From contig JBNZDD010013657.1 of NCBI GenBank assembly GCA_050575255.1, positions 4,173,026 through 4,237,025 of the forward strand: 64,000 nucleotides of DNA, written 5' to 3'. The notes beneath the pieces are model-generated. The model was not told the origin of the DNA and did no database searches. It was given only the letters and a program-made list of their open reading frames with translations. Position 1 is the first letter of the stretch, and each line of letters starts with the position of its first letter. Shown here in pieces: positions 36,899 through 51,180 of the stretch. Both the position numbers and the translations under genes were made by a program. Source of the stretch: Harriotta raleighana. Its lineage: Eukaryota.

Positions 36899-37244
36899 CT
36901 GCTCCAGGTTTTTGTGGCTCCCGCATTCATGACCCAGTTTTTTTGGAGAAATAAAAACTGTTTAAATGTAATTTTCAGTCATTGGGGGAGATTTTCCATT
37001 GATTTTTTTTTCCCCTTCAATTATTTTCTTGGCTTGACCAGCCGAATAGCGGAGGTATTTCACCAGCCAGTAATCACAATGCAATTTACATTTATATAGT
37101 GCCTGTTTTTCTTTCCTGCCGGGAGGACATCTCACAGTGTTTCACAGGGGTTTTTGTGAACGGCAACAACAAAATTACACCTCTATAGAGCCTTTCACAT
37201 CAGGAGAACGTCCCAAAGTGTAGTGACTGCATATATTTTATAAT

Positions 37245-37545
37245 AAAAACAAAATTACATTTGTGTAGCGCCTTTCACGTCAGGAGAACGTTCCAAGGTG
37301 CTGGACAGTCAGTGTTTCGGACCCAAGCTGGGGTCGGGATCAGAAAGGGTGGAGTGAAGAGAGGCGAAGGGGGAAAACCCATGCCACATTCGAAGAGGAA
37401 GGACTTGAGGTGGGACTTGAAGGAGGCTAGGGAGGGGGTGAGACAAAGTGTGCAGTAAATTAAACTTGCCCAAGGTTTCGCTCTGCCTGGATTTGAACCC
37501 AGGTCGAAGGCGAGTGTTCTAACCACTGAGCTACAATACTCCACG
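37245..37545 (-). mobile_element. L2 3' end abutting an isolated SINE head
   Basis: 37245-37450 closely matches the L2 tail at 8367-8570. 37460-37545 is a reversed SINE tRNA head. Confidence 0.8.
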
Positions 37546-39239
37546 ATCTAAACCAAACTGAGAATTCTATGTTCGTAAACAGTACTGAAGTGGTATTATT
37601 ATTATATTTTTATTATGAAGTGAATGACCAATGACCTAGTGTTATGGATAATCCTGACAGGCTGGTCAACCATCAATGCCTTGGACTATCACAGCTCAGC
37701 CAGGCAGGTCTCCTCCTAAAGCAGATATACCTGAAAAGACTCTGCTCAGCAGGAGCATCGCAAGATTGGTTTAGATACAGGCCCTTCGGAAAGTGTGAGG
37801 AATCTTTACCACGAAGAAAAGGAGTCACATATGTGAAACTTCCTCACTTGGGGGTTTAAAAGATAACCCATTTGAAATATATGGCCGTGGGAAATTGGGG
37901 AGTGGGGAGGGGTAGGGGGGGGTTGGGTGGGAACAGAGAGGGATAATCCCCTCAACCCACCAGCAAGAACCTTCCTATCCTTCACCAATTCAGACTGAGT
38001 GCAATAAAACCGAAAGCTGTAGTTTGATAACTCAGAGGATGCACTAAGAGGATATTATTAAAGGATTTTAAACACTGGACACCCGCTGTGCGAACAAGCA
38101 TTTCTAGATCCCCCACATGCTGTGCCTTGCACTTACTGACTTCACCAACTTACGCAAGACGGTGGATGAAGCAAATATACAGATACACGTGGCTGAGCAG
38201 GTTACATGAGGTAGACCTCTCCCTGATGTCTAAGTTACATTGCAGCCAAAGTTGGTGCGTGGACGGTGAGAGAGAGAGAGATTGTGAAAAAATGATAATT
38301 TAGTTATTCAATCCACTGTTTGTGGGACACTGCTGTGAGAGATTGGCTGCTGTGTTTTCCCCGCAAAATATACAGTCAATTCACTTTACATTATAGTCTG
38401 TATCCAGAAACTGCCCCAAACCCACTCTCTGTGTGTCTCTCTTTTCTGGAGGAATCAAAGACATAATAAGGCGCTATATCAAATGCAAGGATTATTACTA
38501 TAATTTTGGGGGTTTAAAAGGTAACCAGCTGGGTTGGAAACATTATTTGAAATCCGTAGCCATTCTGAGGCCTAATCAAAAGCTTCAGTCTTAGGGACAT
38601 TACTGGCAGTTAACATCANTGCAAGGATTATTACTATAATTTTGGGGGTTTAAAAGGTAACCAGCTGGGAGGGAAACATTATTTGAAATCCGTAGCCATT
38701 CTGAGGCCTAATCAAAAGCTTCGGTCTTAGGGACATTGCTGGCAGTTAACATTATGCATGTGTATGTACATGCAACATGTATATACATAGGAAGGAGGGG
38801 GGAAATGACAAAAGCAAGAGAGAGTAAGAGCAAGGCCGAGAAAAAGAGAGAGCAAGAAAGACAGTGAATAAACAAAACAAAGAGGGAGAGGATAAAGTAG
38901 AATCATCAAGAGTTGGAGAGTGAGAGAGCTAAACAAAGATAGAATAAGCGATAGTGTCAGGGATAGAGTTTGAGTCAGAGAAAGAGAGAGCGAGAACAAT
39001 AAAGGGAGAGCGAGAGAGAGGAGTGGGTATGGTATAAGAATGGCCAAATAGTGTGAGTGTAGGAGATTTTATAAAACAATGAGAGAGATAAAAAAGCAAA
39101 ATGGCTGTGATAGGATAGGATCCACCTCCAACTGTGCAGCAAAGGAAAGCTACTCTGTATTGCCTGTCTGAGCGTCTGTGGGAGGAGAGAATTATCCTCC
39201 AGTCCCAAAGAGACATTGTGTTGCTGTCCCTTTACCAAG

Positions 39240-39470
39240 TGATCCCATAAAACACAGGAGAAACCATTCAGCCCATCAAGCCTGTTCTGCCACTTTATTA
39301 GATTTTGGCAAATCATGTAATCCCAATGCCCTGGGATTTCACACCAAACCCTTGTAACCTCCATTACTCAACTGTCTTATCTATTTCTCTTTCAAACATT
39401 CCCAATCGATTCTGTCTCTACAGGGTTCAGCACCAACTCCTGGGAAAACTCTGCTTGAATCTGCCTCTTG
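39240..39470 (-). mobile_element. CR1 3' fragment
   Basis: ccattcagcccatcaagcctgttctgcc..ctatttctctttcaaacattccc. Confidence 0.7.
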
Positions 39471-39989
39471 TTGGGCAACTCTCCGAAATTTCCTCCCAGA
39501 AAAGAGAGATGTCGAGTGTAGATTTGGTGCAGTTTCTGGATACAAAGGGTACGTGTGGCCAACAGCCATTCACAACCTGCTTACAAAGCGTCTCTAAGCC
39601 ACCTACAAAGGAACTGAAATTAACAACAGATACCAGTCGCCAGCCAGCTCACGACCTCAGCTCCCATCCTCTGCGTCACGGATGACAGGCTGAGAACTCA
39701 TTACATTTAATCAGTTTCATTCACAAATCCTTCCAAACCCACTTGCCAGCCACAGCTATTACACTGTGTCATTTCACACTGGCCAGTGTTTCCTCTGATG
39801 TATATTAATTCATGGCACGGAGAAGCTCCCCACACTGTGCCCACAACTGGGGGGTTAGAAGGCAATGTGCCCCAGCTAGTGCCAGGGACCAGGCCTGAGG
39901 CACACACAGGCTGCAGAGCAAGAATTGCATGAATAAAGGCAGTGGCAGGGGCACGATGGGGTGCGAGTGAGCAGTGAGGGCTGGAGATA

Positions 39990-40292
39990 TAATAATGAGA
40001 ATAATAATAATCCTTGCATTTAATATAGCACTTTTCATATCTTCTAGACGTCTTAAAGCGCTGCAAAGTGAATTGACTGTATTTTGGGGGGTGAAACGCT
40101 GCAGCCAATTACGCACAGCGGTGTCCCATGAAAAGTGGTGGATTGAGTGTCCAATTTATTATTGTTTTTTTCAAAGGATTATTATCAGGCGTGAGGAGTA
40201 AGGAAACTTGCCCAAGGTTCTTTCCTGCCTGGAAATGAACCCAGGTCTTTTGCTTGTAAGGCGAGTGCACTAACCACCGAGCTTCAGGACGC
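39990..40292 (-). mobile_element. tRNA-derived SINE, dominant family
   Basis: Tail, core and reversed head. Confidence 0.92.
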
Positions 40293-41462
40293 CTGTTTAT
40301 TGTTTATTACATTGCAATGCAATTTTCCTGCTAAACCAATTCAGGAAAATATTCGGGACAGGTTGCAAAAGCGTCTCAGAAATCAGGGCATAATTGTTGC
40401 CAGCTTGGACAATAATGGATGAAGGGAGTGAGGCATGAGCAGTATGGGTGGGAGGGTGTGATGGGCGGGGGAAAAGGCTGGAGGAGAATGCAGAGAGAGA
40501 GAGAGAGCGAGAGGGAGGTGTGAGACTGTGAAAGAATTTGAAATACAAACACTCAAGAGAAAAGTATTGGGGATATATTTGGGACTGTCATTATGTGTTT
40601 GTTTTTAGAAGCTCGGACATTTGTGCACTTCTGCAGAAGGATCTCAAAAAGTGGCTGTGGTGAATGTTTAAGTGTTTGCATGGTGCTGCAAACGAAAGAT
40701 AACACAGTTTTCTGCCCGCTGTTGCTTTGAGCTGCAGAGTAAAGCAGGAAAGACACACTTCAATCAGCCAAGCTAACATGGAACCTGAGTGATATTGACG
40801 TGGTTAAAACGATGCAAGATAGAGACGATTATTACTGTGGCGGATTTTAATGGAAAGTTTTTCTGTGCTCGTTGGAGGCAACACGTGTTTGTGCATTTCA
40901 GCTCCTCGGTTTCACTGTGGCACTGGGTTCAGCTACGAGGGCATTAACAGCAAAGCAGAGGCCAACCTGGCTCATTTGGCAGCACTCTCTCCTCTGCTGG
41001 AGAAGATTATTCAGTCTAGATGAACAGGTGAGTTACCGCATTGCTCTGTGGCAAAGAGTATCACATCCACATTACCCCCCAGCCCTCCACCCTCCCCCGT
41101 CCCACACACAAGCGCCCAGAGTTGCTGAAGCCAGTTCCGGTTCTCTCTTATATGATAGCTTTAAGATGTGTCACTGTTTAATTGACCAGGTTTCTTAAAT
41201 GAGAACAAACAAACAAACAAATAAAATTACATTCGTGTAGTGCCTTTCACGTCGGGAGGACATCCTAGGGAAGATGTGCAATTGTCCAATATCTACGATA
41301 TTACATGTGTAGAACTATGAATTCAACAGTTTAGACATTTGATATTTACCCATTTCATGTTATGAAATCTGTTAAATGTCATGTTAAACTTAAAAAAATG
41401 CACGACCTACATACTACATACTGATCATTTCCCATCATTCATACCCAATGTTGGAAAGATTA

Positions 41463-43765
41463 GAACATCGGCAGCTCAGGGAAAGTGATGAAATACTTTC
41501 TCTTCTCGGTTGGCTGATTTGACTGAATCCTCCAGTATATGGCTGCTGATGGAACATCGTCATTTAGATCCTGAGCTATTGATTTGCCGTCACAGAAACA
41601 CCATATAATTCAAACTAATACAACAAAATAATGTCAGACAGGGATTGCTATCTCACCTAACAGAGAGAGGAGCTGTGTCCAGGATTTTATCTATCTACTC
41701 ATTCGCAATGCATTCCATCTAATGTACCCTCCCCGTACACTCCCACAGCCCAACCCTTTCCCATTCACTCCCATTGTACTGATTCCATAGTAAGGAATCT
41801 CATTTAGAAATACTACAAATTTGACTCCTATGATCTGATTAACTGGCTGTGCAATTGGTTTGAGGTATATTTTATTGCTTAATTGGAATTTTTTTTCAGT
41901 GTGTTAAGTATCTAGTGTTGTAAAGATTTATAAGGCATGTTTGGATGCTATCTTGCTCCCTCTGGCTGATTTTCTGATATCATTTGATCTGCAACATCAA
42001 CAGCATTGTCACCTCAAGAGGATTATGAGACTATATCTATCGCATTAAGTGGTTCAGAGCAAACAAAAGCAGCATAGTTAAATAAAGAGAAAAGAAATTG
42101 CTACAAAGCTATTTGTATAGAGACTGTGATTTGCCTCGCTCTACACACCTGATCAGGGATCTCAGTCCTGTTATTTCTCAAGATCTACCTCTTTATAATA
42201 AATAATAACAGTAATCCTGACATTTGACAAAGCGCCTTATCATTGTCCTAGAGACGTCTCAAAGTGCTTCACTGAATATATTATAAACTGTTCTGACTGT
42301 GTTTAGCAGGCGAAGCACACCAACTGTGCACAGGACTGTTATAATAATTCTAATAATAATCCTTGCATTTTGATGTTTTGCACATCTTATCAACGTCTCA
42401 AAGCGCTTCACAGAATATACTGTGAAGTGAATTGACTGCATATTTGTGGGTGAAATGCGTCAGCCAATTGCACACAGCAAATGTTCCACAAACAGTCGTG
42501 GATTGAAATGACCAATTTGTTTTATTAATGTGGGGTATTTTTTGGACGGATTATTATTAGGCATGTGGAGAAAGGAAGATTTCGGTTTCGAGAAAGGAGA
42601 AAGGAAGGTTTTGNGAACATCGGCAGCTCAGGGAAAGTGATGAAATACTTTCTCTTCTCGGTTGGCTGATTTGACTGAATCCTCCAGTATATGGCTGCTG
42701 ATGGAACATCGTCATTTAGATCCTGAGCTATTGATTTGCCGTCACAGAAACACCATATAATTCAAACTAATACAACAAAATAATGTCAGACAGGGATTGC
42801 TATCTCACCTAACAGAGAGAGGAGCTGTGTCCAGGATTTTATCTATCTACTCATTCGCAATGCATTCCATCTAATGTACCCTCCCCGTACACTCCCACAG
42901 CCCAACCCTTTCCCATTCACTCCCATTGTACTGATTCCATAGTAAGGAATCTCATTTAGAAATACTACAAATTTGACTCCTATGATCTGATTAACTGGCT
43001 GTGCAATTGGTTTGAGGTATATTTTATTGCTTAATTGGAATTTTTTTTCAGTGTGTTAAGTATCTAGTGTTGTAAAGATTTATAAGGCATGTTTGGATGC
43101 TATCTTGCTCCCTCTGGCTGATTTTCTGATATCATTTGATCTGCAACATCAACAGCATTGTCACCTCAAGAGGATTATGAGACTATATCTATCGCATTAA
43201 GTGGTTCAGAGCAAACAAAAGCAGCATAGTTAAATAAAGAGAAAAGAAATTGCTACAAAGCTATTTGTATAGAGACTGTGATTTGCCTCGCTCTACACAC
43301 CTGATCAGGGATCTCAGTCCTGTTATTTCTCAAGATCTACCTCTTTATAATAAATAATAACAGTAATCCTGACATTTGACAAAGCGCCTTATCATTGTCC
43401 TAGAGACGTCTCAAAGTGCTTCACTGAATATATTATAAACTGTTCTGACTGTGTTTAGCAGGCGAAGCACACCAACTGTGCACAGGACTGTTATAATAAT
43501 TCTAATAATAATCCTTGCATTTTGATGTTTTGCACATCTTATCAACGTCTCAAAGCGCTTCACAGAATATACTGTGAAGTGAATTGACTGCATATTTGTG
43601 GGTGAAATGCGTCAGCCAATTGCACACAGCAAATGTTCCACAAACAGTCGTGGATTGAAATGACCAATTTGTTTTATTAATGTGGGGTATTTTTTGGACG
43701 GATTATTATTAGGCATGTGGAGAAAGGAAGATTTCGGTTTCGAGAAAGGAGAAAGGAAGGTTTTG
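41463..43765. other. Assembly overlap duplication around a single n (41463-42613 = 42615-43765)
   Basis: Offset 1152. The copies appear identical and are joined by the n at 42614. Confidence 0.92.
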
Positions 43766-43856
43766 GCCCAAGGGTTTGTTCTGATCTGCCTAGATTCGAA
43801 CACAGGTCTCATGCTTGTAAGGCGAGTGCTCTAACCACTGAGCTACAGGAGATCCA
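43494..43856 (-). mobile_element. tRNA-derived SINE, dominant family
   Basis: Tail, core and reversed head, with an atypical purine-rich insert at ~43720-43765. Confidence 0.9.
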
Positions 43857-43915
43857 CAGTTATCTCTTTGCATCAATAGGAACCCTCAATCATACAAAAG
43901 AGGAAAAAGCAGAAT

Positions 43916-44021
43916 CAGCCAATTGGAGAGACAAAGAGAAACAGCCAATCACGTAGACAGCAAAGTCACCAATCAGAATGTTTGAGAAACAGCCAATCAG
44001 AGAGAAAGGGATCAGCCAATC
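43916..44021 (+). repeat. Degenerate ~24-bp tandem array of CCAAT boxes
   Basis: CCAAT starts at 43919, 43945, 43969, 43993 and 44016. Four of the five are in a cagCCAAT context. Confidence 0.75.
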
Positions 44022-45689
44022 TGGAAGATCTTCCAAACATGCCAAGCTCATCTGGTTCTATTGGTTTAGACCTAGTAGTGGACAGATTCCCCAATAGGGC
44101 TCGGATCTGTCATATAAAAATGGGTGGGGGGGTGCTGATTCATTGGGGGAAGGGGGAAATTGGAGAAGTATTTCTTCTCTTTCACTCCCCCCACCCCCCA
44201 ACCAACCCACCCTCCCTCCCACTCACCTGCCTCCTGGGAATCAAGAGGGTTTTTCATGGATTCCATTTCTCAAACCATCTCTTCCTCTGTGTTCCAAGAA
44301 ACCTTAGGGCCTTGGGTTGTCTTCCTGATGTGAATCATGCTATCCAAACATAAGTTGTTGTTGTTAAATCTTTATTATTTTGAGTCAGGAGGAGTGGGAG
44401 GGGAAGATAGAGTGGGCAAGAGGTTAACTGTTTTCACAAGTTGCATTCCCCCAATGTATTCGGTGGACGATTACATAAAAGGTGCCATATAAATGTAAAT
44501 AGTTATCCTGAGTTAGGAAAGCTGGAGCCCCTGCTGAACTGAACTGCTTCCACCTCCAGTACAAAGATCTGCCATGGACACATCAGCAGCCTAATGTTAT
44601 CACTAAATATCCTGGGATCATTGATCTCTGAACCTCCGATCCTCTCACTGCAAACATGACAGAAGATTATGATAGAAGCTTTGTTGTCCCTTGCCTCTGA
44701 TTTATTTCAGTAAATAGCGAAACAGCAATGTGACAAACGGATGCAGGTAAAGAACCATGGAGATGGCAGAAGAGGTTTGCTCAGAGAGAAGGGACGGCTA
44801 CTGCTGGCTCCAAGCCATTACACCATGGAGCCCTGAGCATACAGTTAAGCTGTCGGAATGAAGTGTGAAATGGGCAGTGATGGGACGCTTACTGTCCTGG
44901 ATAATGGATGAATAATGAATACACACTCTGACATGGACAATTACTGTGTGTAGCACGTGGAGAAAAAGCAAGCCAGAGACCTGGAGGAGAGGGAACATTG
45001 ATGAATGTAAATGACCATAAAATGATTCATGGTGCAGCGAGGTGCGGGGCAGGGACAAGTGGCAGAAAAGTCTGGAGCCTCTTAAGTGTGTTGATGAAAT
45101 GTGCTCTCTGCCCTGTAAAGAGCACAGGGCAAAGTACTAATCGCTTTCCCTGCTGCTCATTGCTATGTTTTCTGTCCTTCTCGCCTCAATGCTTCCTTTG
45201 TAGATATGCCAACACAAAACATCACTCTCTGCACAATGATAGAATCAATGCAAGCCAATTTCAGTGACTTATGTGGTTATCGTAGCAGCATGTAACAAAA
45301 TAAGATTACTTATACCATCACCTACTAACGGCCGACATAACATTCTATATTAAATACAAGAGGATTGGGTATTTCCAGCACATCCTCCTTTTCTTGATTG
45401 ACTCATTAATTTAAATCCCGTCTGCCTTTATGATTCAGGTTGATCTCCTCGCTCTCCATTGCTATCTCGGAGAAACCTGGAGCTTTCTCCCTTCTAACTC
45501 TGGCTGATATTTGCTTTGTCCATGTGTTAGAATTCTAATTAATTGGCTATTCATCACTTACTATCTGTGGGATGTTGCTGGTACAAATTATCTGCTGCAT
45601 TTGCTTCCAATAACAGTGTTCACTTCATGTCCAATTAATATCATTTTGTAAAATGCTTTTGAGTTGTTTCCTTTGTGTGAAAAACTGTG

Positions 45690-46265
45690 CATTTGTCACC
45701 ACCCGACTGGAATTTTCAAACACCCTCTTCGCTGGTCACCCTACCTCCACCATATACAAGATTCAGCTGATTCAAAGCTCTGATGCCCAATAACAACCTC
45801 CATATGCCCATCGCATCAGTTCTAGCTGGGCTCCACTGGCTCCCTATCACTGAATGAATTGATTTCAAGATCATTACACTCGTTTTCAAATCGCTTCATG
45901 CCCTTGCACAACAACAACAACAACTTTGATTTATATAGTACCCTCCACTCCAGACGGCGTCTCAGAGCACTTAAGGTAGGCACCTCCCTACCTCTCCGAT
46001 CTGCTTATTCCCCAAACCTCTACCTGGATTTGACTGGCTCTGGGCCTCCTGTTTGTCCCCTGTGCCCTCCATTCCACCATTGGTGGCCGCCCTTTCAGCC
46101 ACTAGGCCCCAAAACTCTATCCCTCCCATTTGCCTGTTCCTTCCTCATTTTCAGATCGTACCTGAAGATCTTCCTCTGAGACCGTACCTACGGTCACCTG
46201 TCACTTGTCCCCAACTCTGCATCATAAGCATAACTCGTCTAGGCACAGTTTGTCATGAAGAGCAT
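45690..46265 (+). mobile_element. L2-clade LINE 3' fragment with a nested reversed tail fragment (45907-45972)
   Basis: FVTTRLEFSNTLFAGHP..IQLIQSS..LHWLPITE*IDFKI motifs. Confidence 0.85.
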
Positions 46266-48574
46266 TCCACCTGATTGATCTTCAAGATTAATAATAATAA
46301 CGATCTTTGCATTTGATACAGAACCTGATCACGTCTTCGAGCCTTTTCAAAGTGCTTCACAGAGTATACCGTAAAGTGAATTGACTGGATTTTTGTGGGC
46401 GAAATGTGGCAGCCAATTGCACACAGCAGTGTCCCAACACTCAGCTCCTCGAAGGTTCTCAAAAGAACTTTAGGAACAGGAAGAGGATATGAGGGCCAAA
46501 TGCCCTTCCTTTCGTTAACCCACCCACCATCTCACTCATTCTATCTCCCTTCTCTTTGGAGCACATCTGGATGCCTCCTCAGTTATACTAATCAATTCAG
46601 TATGGGTCTCAGCTGTAATATATTCCACATGCTGATTTCCAAAATGACCCAAGGAATACTCCGGAGATAATCAGCAACCAATTCTGAATTTAAAAACCAG
46701 TTTTAAATTAGAGCCAGTAATTTAGCTAACAGCCATGCAACTTACAACCCTATAAAGCATCGAATTATTACTGGGCTTACATCCAAGGGGAATTTAACAC
46801 ATTTAAAATCAATGTTCAGAAACAGCACACCTTCTGTGTTTAAAAGTTTTACTTGATTTCCTCTCTCCCCCTCCTCCCCCTCACTGCTGACTGCTTAAAG
46901 TTTAGCTTCTGTCTCCTGGTATTTGAACTGTTTGCTCCAGTGAACAAGTTGTCCACATTAAACTTAACAAGTCTTTGTCATAATCCAAACTTCAATTAGG
47001 TCACCTTTCAGTTTTCTGTGTTTATCTTTAGCTGGCAGGAGAGTAATTCCAAACTCACCATGCGCTCGGTGGCCACCTAGTGCAGCTGAGGTTAGAGGGA
47101 TCTCAAGATACGTTGTGAATGGTACATCTAACAAGAGACCTGATTGACAGAGACAGAAGCACAAGAACAATTCGTATGCTGTCAATCACCTAGCCACAAA
47201 CTGAATGCCCTTGGAAGCTAATGGCAAAGGAGGTGGAGTCCATTAGAAACCAATTATGCATAAAATGCCTGAAGATATTGGACGGCTTCACTCTGCGTGC
47301 GACTGCGCCCCCAAGGAAAGGACCCATTGGCACAAATAACATGGGAATAGTTCTGCTCTGTTACTGATCATAAAGGTCACACCTGGTCTGTACAAAGTTT
47401 GCTGGTCTGACCTGGAGCAGCGCTGTTTAGTGCAACTGAGCTCAGTGTTCTGCGGTTCGGGGAAGCACAGCAAGCAAGTGCACCTGATCGCTGTTGAGCC
47501 CATAGTACATGGGGGTGGACTTCAGGTGGGTACAGGCTGAGCATTTGCTTGTAATGCAACAACAATCCACTATACAAATGCAATTTTGTATTGTATTACA
47601 CACCCTGTTGACCTATGTAGTCCACTGGGTTTGAGAGAGGAGAGCAGCAAACTAGAAAATGAAACACACTGGGAGGAGAGAATGAGACTCAGAAAGACTC
47701 ATTATTCCTCATCGGCTCCTTGTAATTTGAGTTGGGTTTAATCACAACATCGGAGAGCCGGCCGCAGTACTATAAATAACAATGGGAAGAAGGGGAAAAA
47801 GTGGAGCTGAGAATGTCGATAACATACTGATGCACAATCACACTTCTGATTAGTTATCCAACTCGATCAAGAGTGACCCATTTCCTTTGGCTTGGTTCTA
47901 AAGAAAGAAACTGACAGCTCTGAAGAATCAATACACTCCAGCTATCTTCCAAGGCTTGCATTTGCCTCCCAACCACTTAGGTTGAATGCTGTGGTGAGTC
48001 CCATTAGTCTCCAGACTGATAAATGGCTGCCGATTTCTACTTGACACAGTGAGTCAATTTGTTAACGACCTTGTTTCAAAAAAAGAAAATATGGTTATGA
48101 GTGTAACGTCACTGGCATGAGTGGTAGTGCAAGGCTTGTCAGGTAGCTTTGATTTCAAACAACCACCAATACTATACAATCTTGTGGCGTATTGGTTTGA
48201 GAACTCGCCTCGCAAACGAGAGGACCCAAGTTCAATTCCTGAGCATAGCAAAACGGTAGGCAAGTTTCCTACTCCACACACATTGATGTGAAAGGCCATA
48301 CAAATATAATTTGTTATTGTTGTTGTTTATCTAGCAGGGAGCAGGAACCCTGTTGTTAGTCGACCGGCGGATCGCTTTCTGGAGATAATAATCCCTTAAA
48401 GAATAATAATAATTAATGGTCACTCAATTCACAACTGTTTGTGGCACTCTGCTGTGTGGGTGCAGTTTGTGTGAAGAGCAAATAGGCTAGTTAACTGGTG
48501 AAGCAATCCATTGATTTGTAATGGGTATGAAGGACAAAATGCTCTAAGATAATTTTTTTCAGTGGCTCTGTACA

Positions 48575-48850
48575 GACACACATAAGAATGAGCAGAGACT
48601 GTTCAGCCAATTTATTAGATCATGGCAGATCTTTACGTCCGTGCTGTTACCCAATAATGCTTAAATGCCGTCCTTCTCAAGTATCTGTCTATCTCTCTTT
48701 TGAAACACATCCTAATTGATTCTGCTTCTACGCCCCCTTCTGGGACACTGTTCCACATTTTCATAACTGTCTCTTTGAACAGATATATCTTCTGGTCTAA
48801 TTTCGAACCATTCTCTCTTTAATTTTAAGATCATTTCCCCTTGTTTAACG
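48575..48850 (-). mobile_element. CR1 3' fragment
   Basis: cataagaatgagcag..ttagatcatggcagatct..tatctctcttttgaaac..ctgttccacatttt. Confidence 0.7.
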
Positions 48851-49439
48851 TTAAACCAAGAGTCCTGCCTGGCCATTAAGGTCATGCCACCAGATCCCGT
48901 GATACTAATGGAAGAGGGAAGGCTGAATACCGTATTTCTGTGCTGTAATGTCCGATGATGCCATGAAAGAGATTTGAGTCAGAAATAAAGATGGAAAGTT
49001 TCAGTTTCATCAGCCCGATGATACTTTGGAGTTCTTGATACTTGCTAAAGAGTCAGAGATACTTCACACTGGAGTGTGGAAAATCATTTTAGCAGGAACG
49101 GGAAAACCCAAACCATTTAGCACAACACATGAATCAATTGAGACTAGAAAATGGGTTTGTTTTTTCTTCCGCTGGAAATGAGAAATGATTAGATTTAAAA
49201 GTGTGTTTAACAGATGTGATCAGTGCAAAGAAAGCATCCTATGTTGTCAGGGTAAGGGAATTTCTAGAAGTTAATGCTAGGCAAGGAAGCCTTGGCTTTA
49301 AAGTCTGCCATAGAACGTCAACCAAATCAATGAAAGGTCATTAAAGTGCTGGCATCAGTTTGGCTCTCACCACATGAGTGGGTTAAAGCCATATGCAGGC
49401 AGTTTGAATACACAGTCCAGACTGAGACTCCAGTACCTT

Positions 49440-49680
49440 GAGACACACAGAGAAAGAGAGAGAGAGATCGAGATAGCGAGAGAGAAAGTTGCAGAGAGTT
49501 ACAGAGAGAGAGAAAGAGAGAGGCACAGAGAGAGACAGAGAGAGCTATGGACAGGAGACACACACATACACACACAGAAATACAGAGAGAAAGACAAAAA
49601 GATAAAGAGAGAGGGAGAGTAAGGGATAGCGAGGCACAAAGGGGATAAGGATACAAAAGAAAGAGAAAAAAGAGAAATCC
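49440..49680. repeat. (GA)n-rich low-complexity tract
   Basis: agagaaagagagagagagatcgagatagcgagagag... Confidence 0.85.
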
Positions 49681-50934
49681 ATATCACTAACTAATGAAAT
49701 TAAACTGCTTCAGAGTAAAATGTGAAAGCTGCTGTGAGGCATCAGGGCTATTTTTATCTTTGATAATAAGGTGTATAAATGTTTAAAAAAATTATATTGA
49801 AATTAAACACCAGAAACCAAGTTCAGTCTGAGAGCAGAAAATATGAACTCCAGGATATTAAATAAATTCATCTCAGTGAGAATCTGCTCACAGACCTCAT
49901 GGGAACCGGGAAGAGAGAAGAATCCGGGAGGACAAATCAACTACGATAGTTAAACAACCCAGTAAAATTTATATCGCGTCTCACGTCGGCAGAGCTTTTC
50001 AAAGGAATTCAGGTGGTCAATCTATAGTTAGAAAAAACACCAGCCTGGTACATAAATAATAATCCTTTCATTTGATATAACGCCTTATCATGTCTCGAAG
50101 CACTTCGCAGAATTTACTGTGAAGGGGATTGACTGTGTGTTTGTGGGTGAAGTGCGGCAGCTAATTGAGCCCTGCAGTGTCCCACAAATAGTTGTGGATT
50201 GAATTATCTATTTTTTAAAGAGGAAGTCTTAAAGTGCTTTGCAGTACATCGAGTAAAATTTATAACGGTATAGACTGCGCGTATACGTTATATAGACAAA
50301 TGCGATAGACAATTCGCAAGCAGCAATGTCCTGCATTCATTCCTTTGCCGAATTTCCACTCCTTAACCTATCAGGATCTACCTTAAACCGATCACTAAAA
50401 GAGAGCCGTCTCTTTGCTCTGACTTTCCAACGGTACCAGGATTGGCACTGGCATTGCTTCAGCAAAACCATGGGACAGAGTAACACGGTTTAATTTGCCA
50501 TAAATGCAGAACGATTTTTTGCAATTTCCTAAAAGCCACCAAATTGCAAATAAAGGAGGCGAGTAAATCAAAGGGATGTTCGTGGAGAGATAATGTATGG
50601 GTCGCTCACTGATTTGCAGTTCTTGGAAACAAATATCACAAATATCTAAAAATAGACTCCTGTATCTGAAAAGACACCTGAAGTAATATAGCCTGGACAT
50701 ATAGTAAAATAGGATTGAGAGCTTCGACATATGTCTTGCTTATCACTTGATCAGATTCCAGTGTTCAGTTGTTATTATTCTTTTTACTAGCATTGAATAT
50801 TTCCTGCAAGCCCTCGGTTTCTGTAGGAGATGATGCATTGATCAGCTGGGTACGACTTTGAGAGAAGTAATATTGAACCTGATTTGAATAGCTGCACTCT
50901 GAGGCACAGAGAACTATAAATAACATGTTCATTT

Positions 50935-51180
50935 CCTCTTTATACCAGATCTCGAGAGTGAGTAACAGATTGGCATTTCAACACAGGTTTAACATCAGAT
51001 ATATACAGAATAAATGGATTCCAGAAGAGTGTTACAGCCTTGATATAATCGAGTTAGTCAAGTGTTGAATCTATAGAATAACTGATCTCGAGGAGTGAGT
51101 TACACTTAGCACCGGATCCCTTGTTGACACTCAGGGTGATCCACGAATAACAGACACTTTGGGGAGAGGTACATTGAGAG
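50935..51180 (+). repeat. Degenerate ~62-70-bp tandem repeat (about 4 units; tagaataacagatc..gggagtgagttaca consensus)
   Basis: Units start near 50941, 51003, 51071 and 51141, and share gaataa(c)(a/t)ga and gagtg(ag)t(t/a)aca. Confidence 0.6.

Noticed and set aside
41463-43765. Apparent 1.15-kb tandem duplication
   Set aside because: Identical copies joined by a single n, so an assembly overlap.
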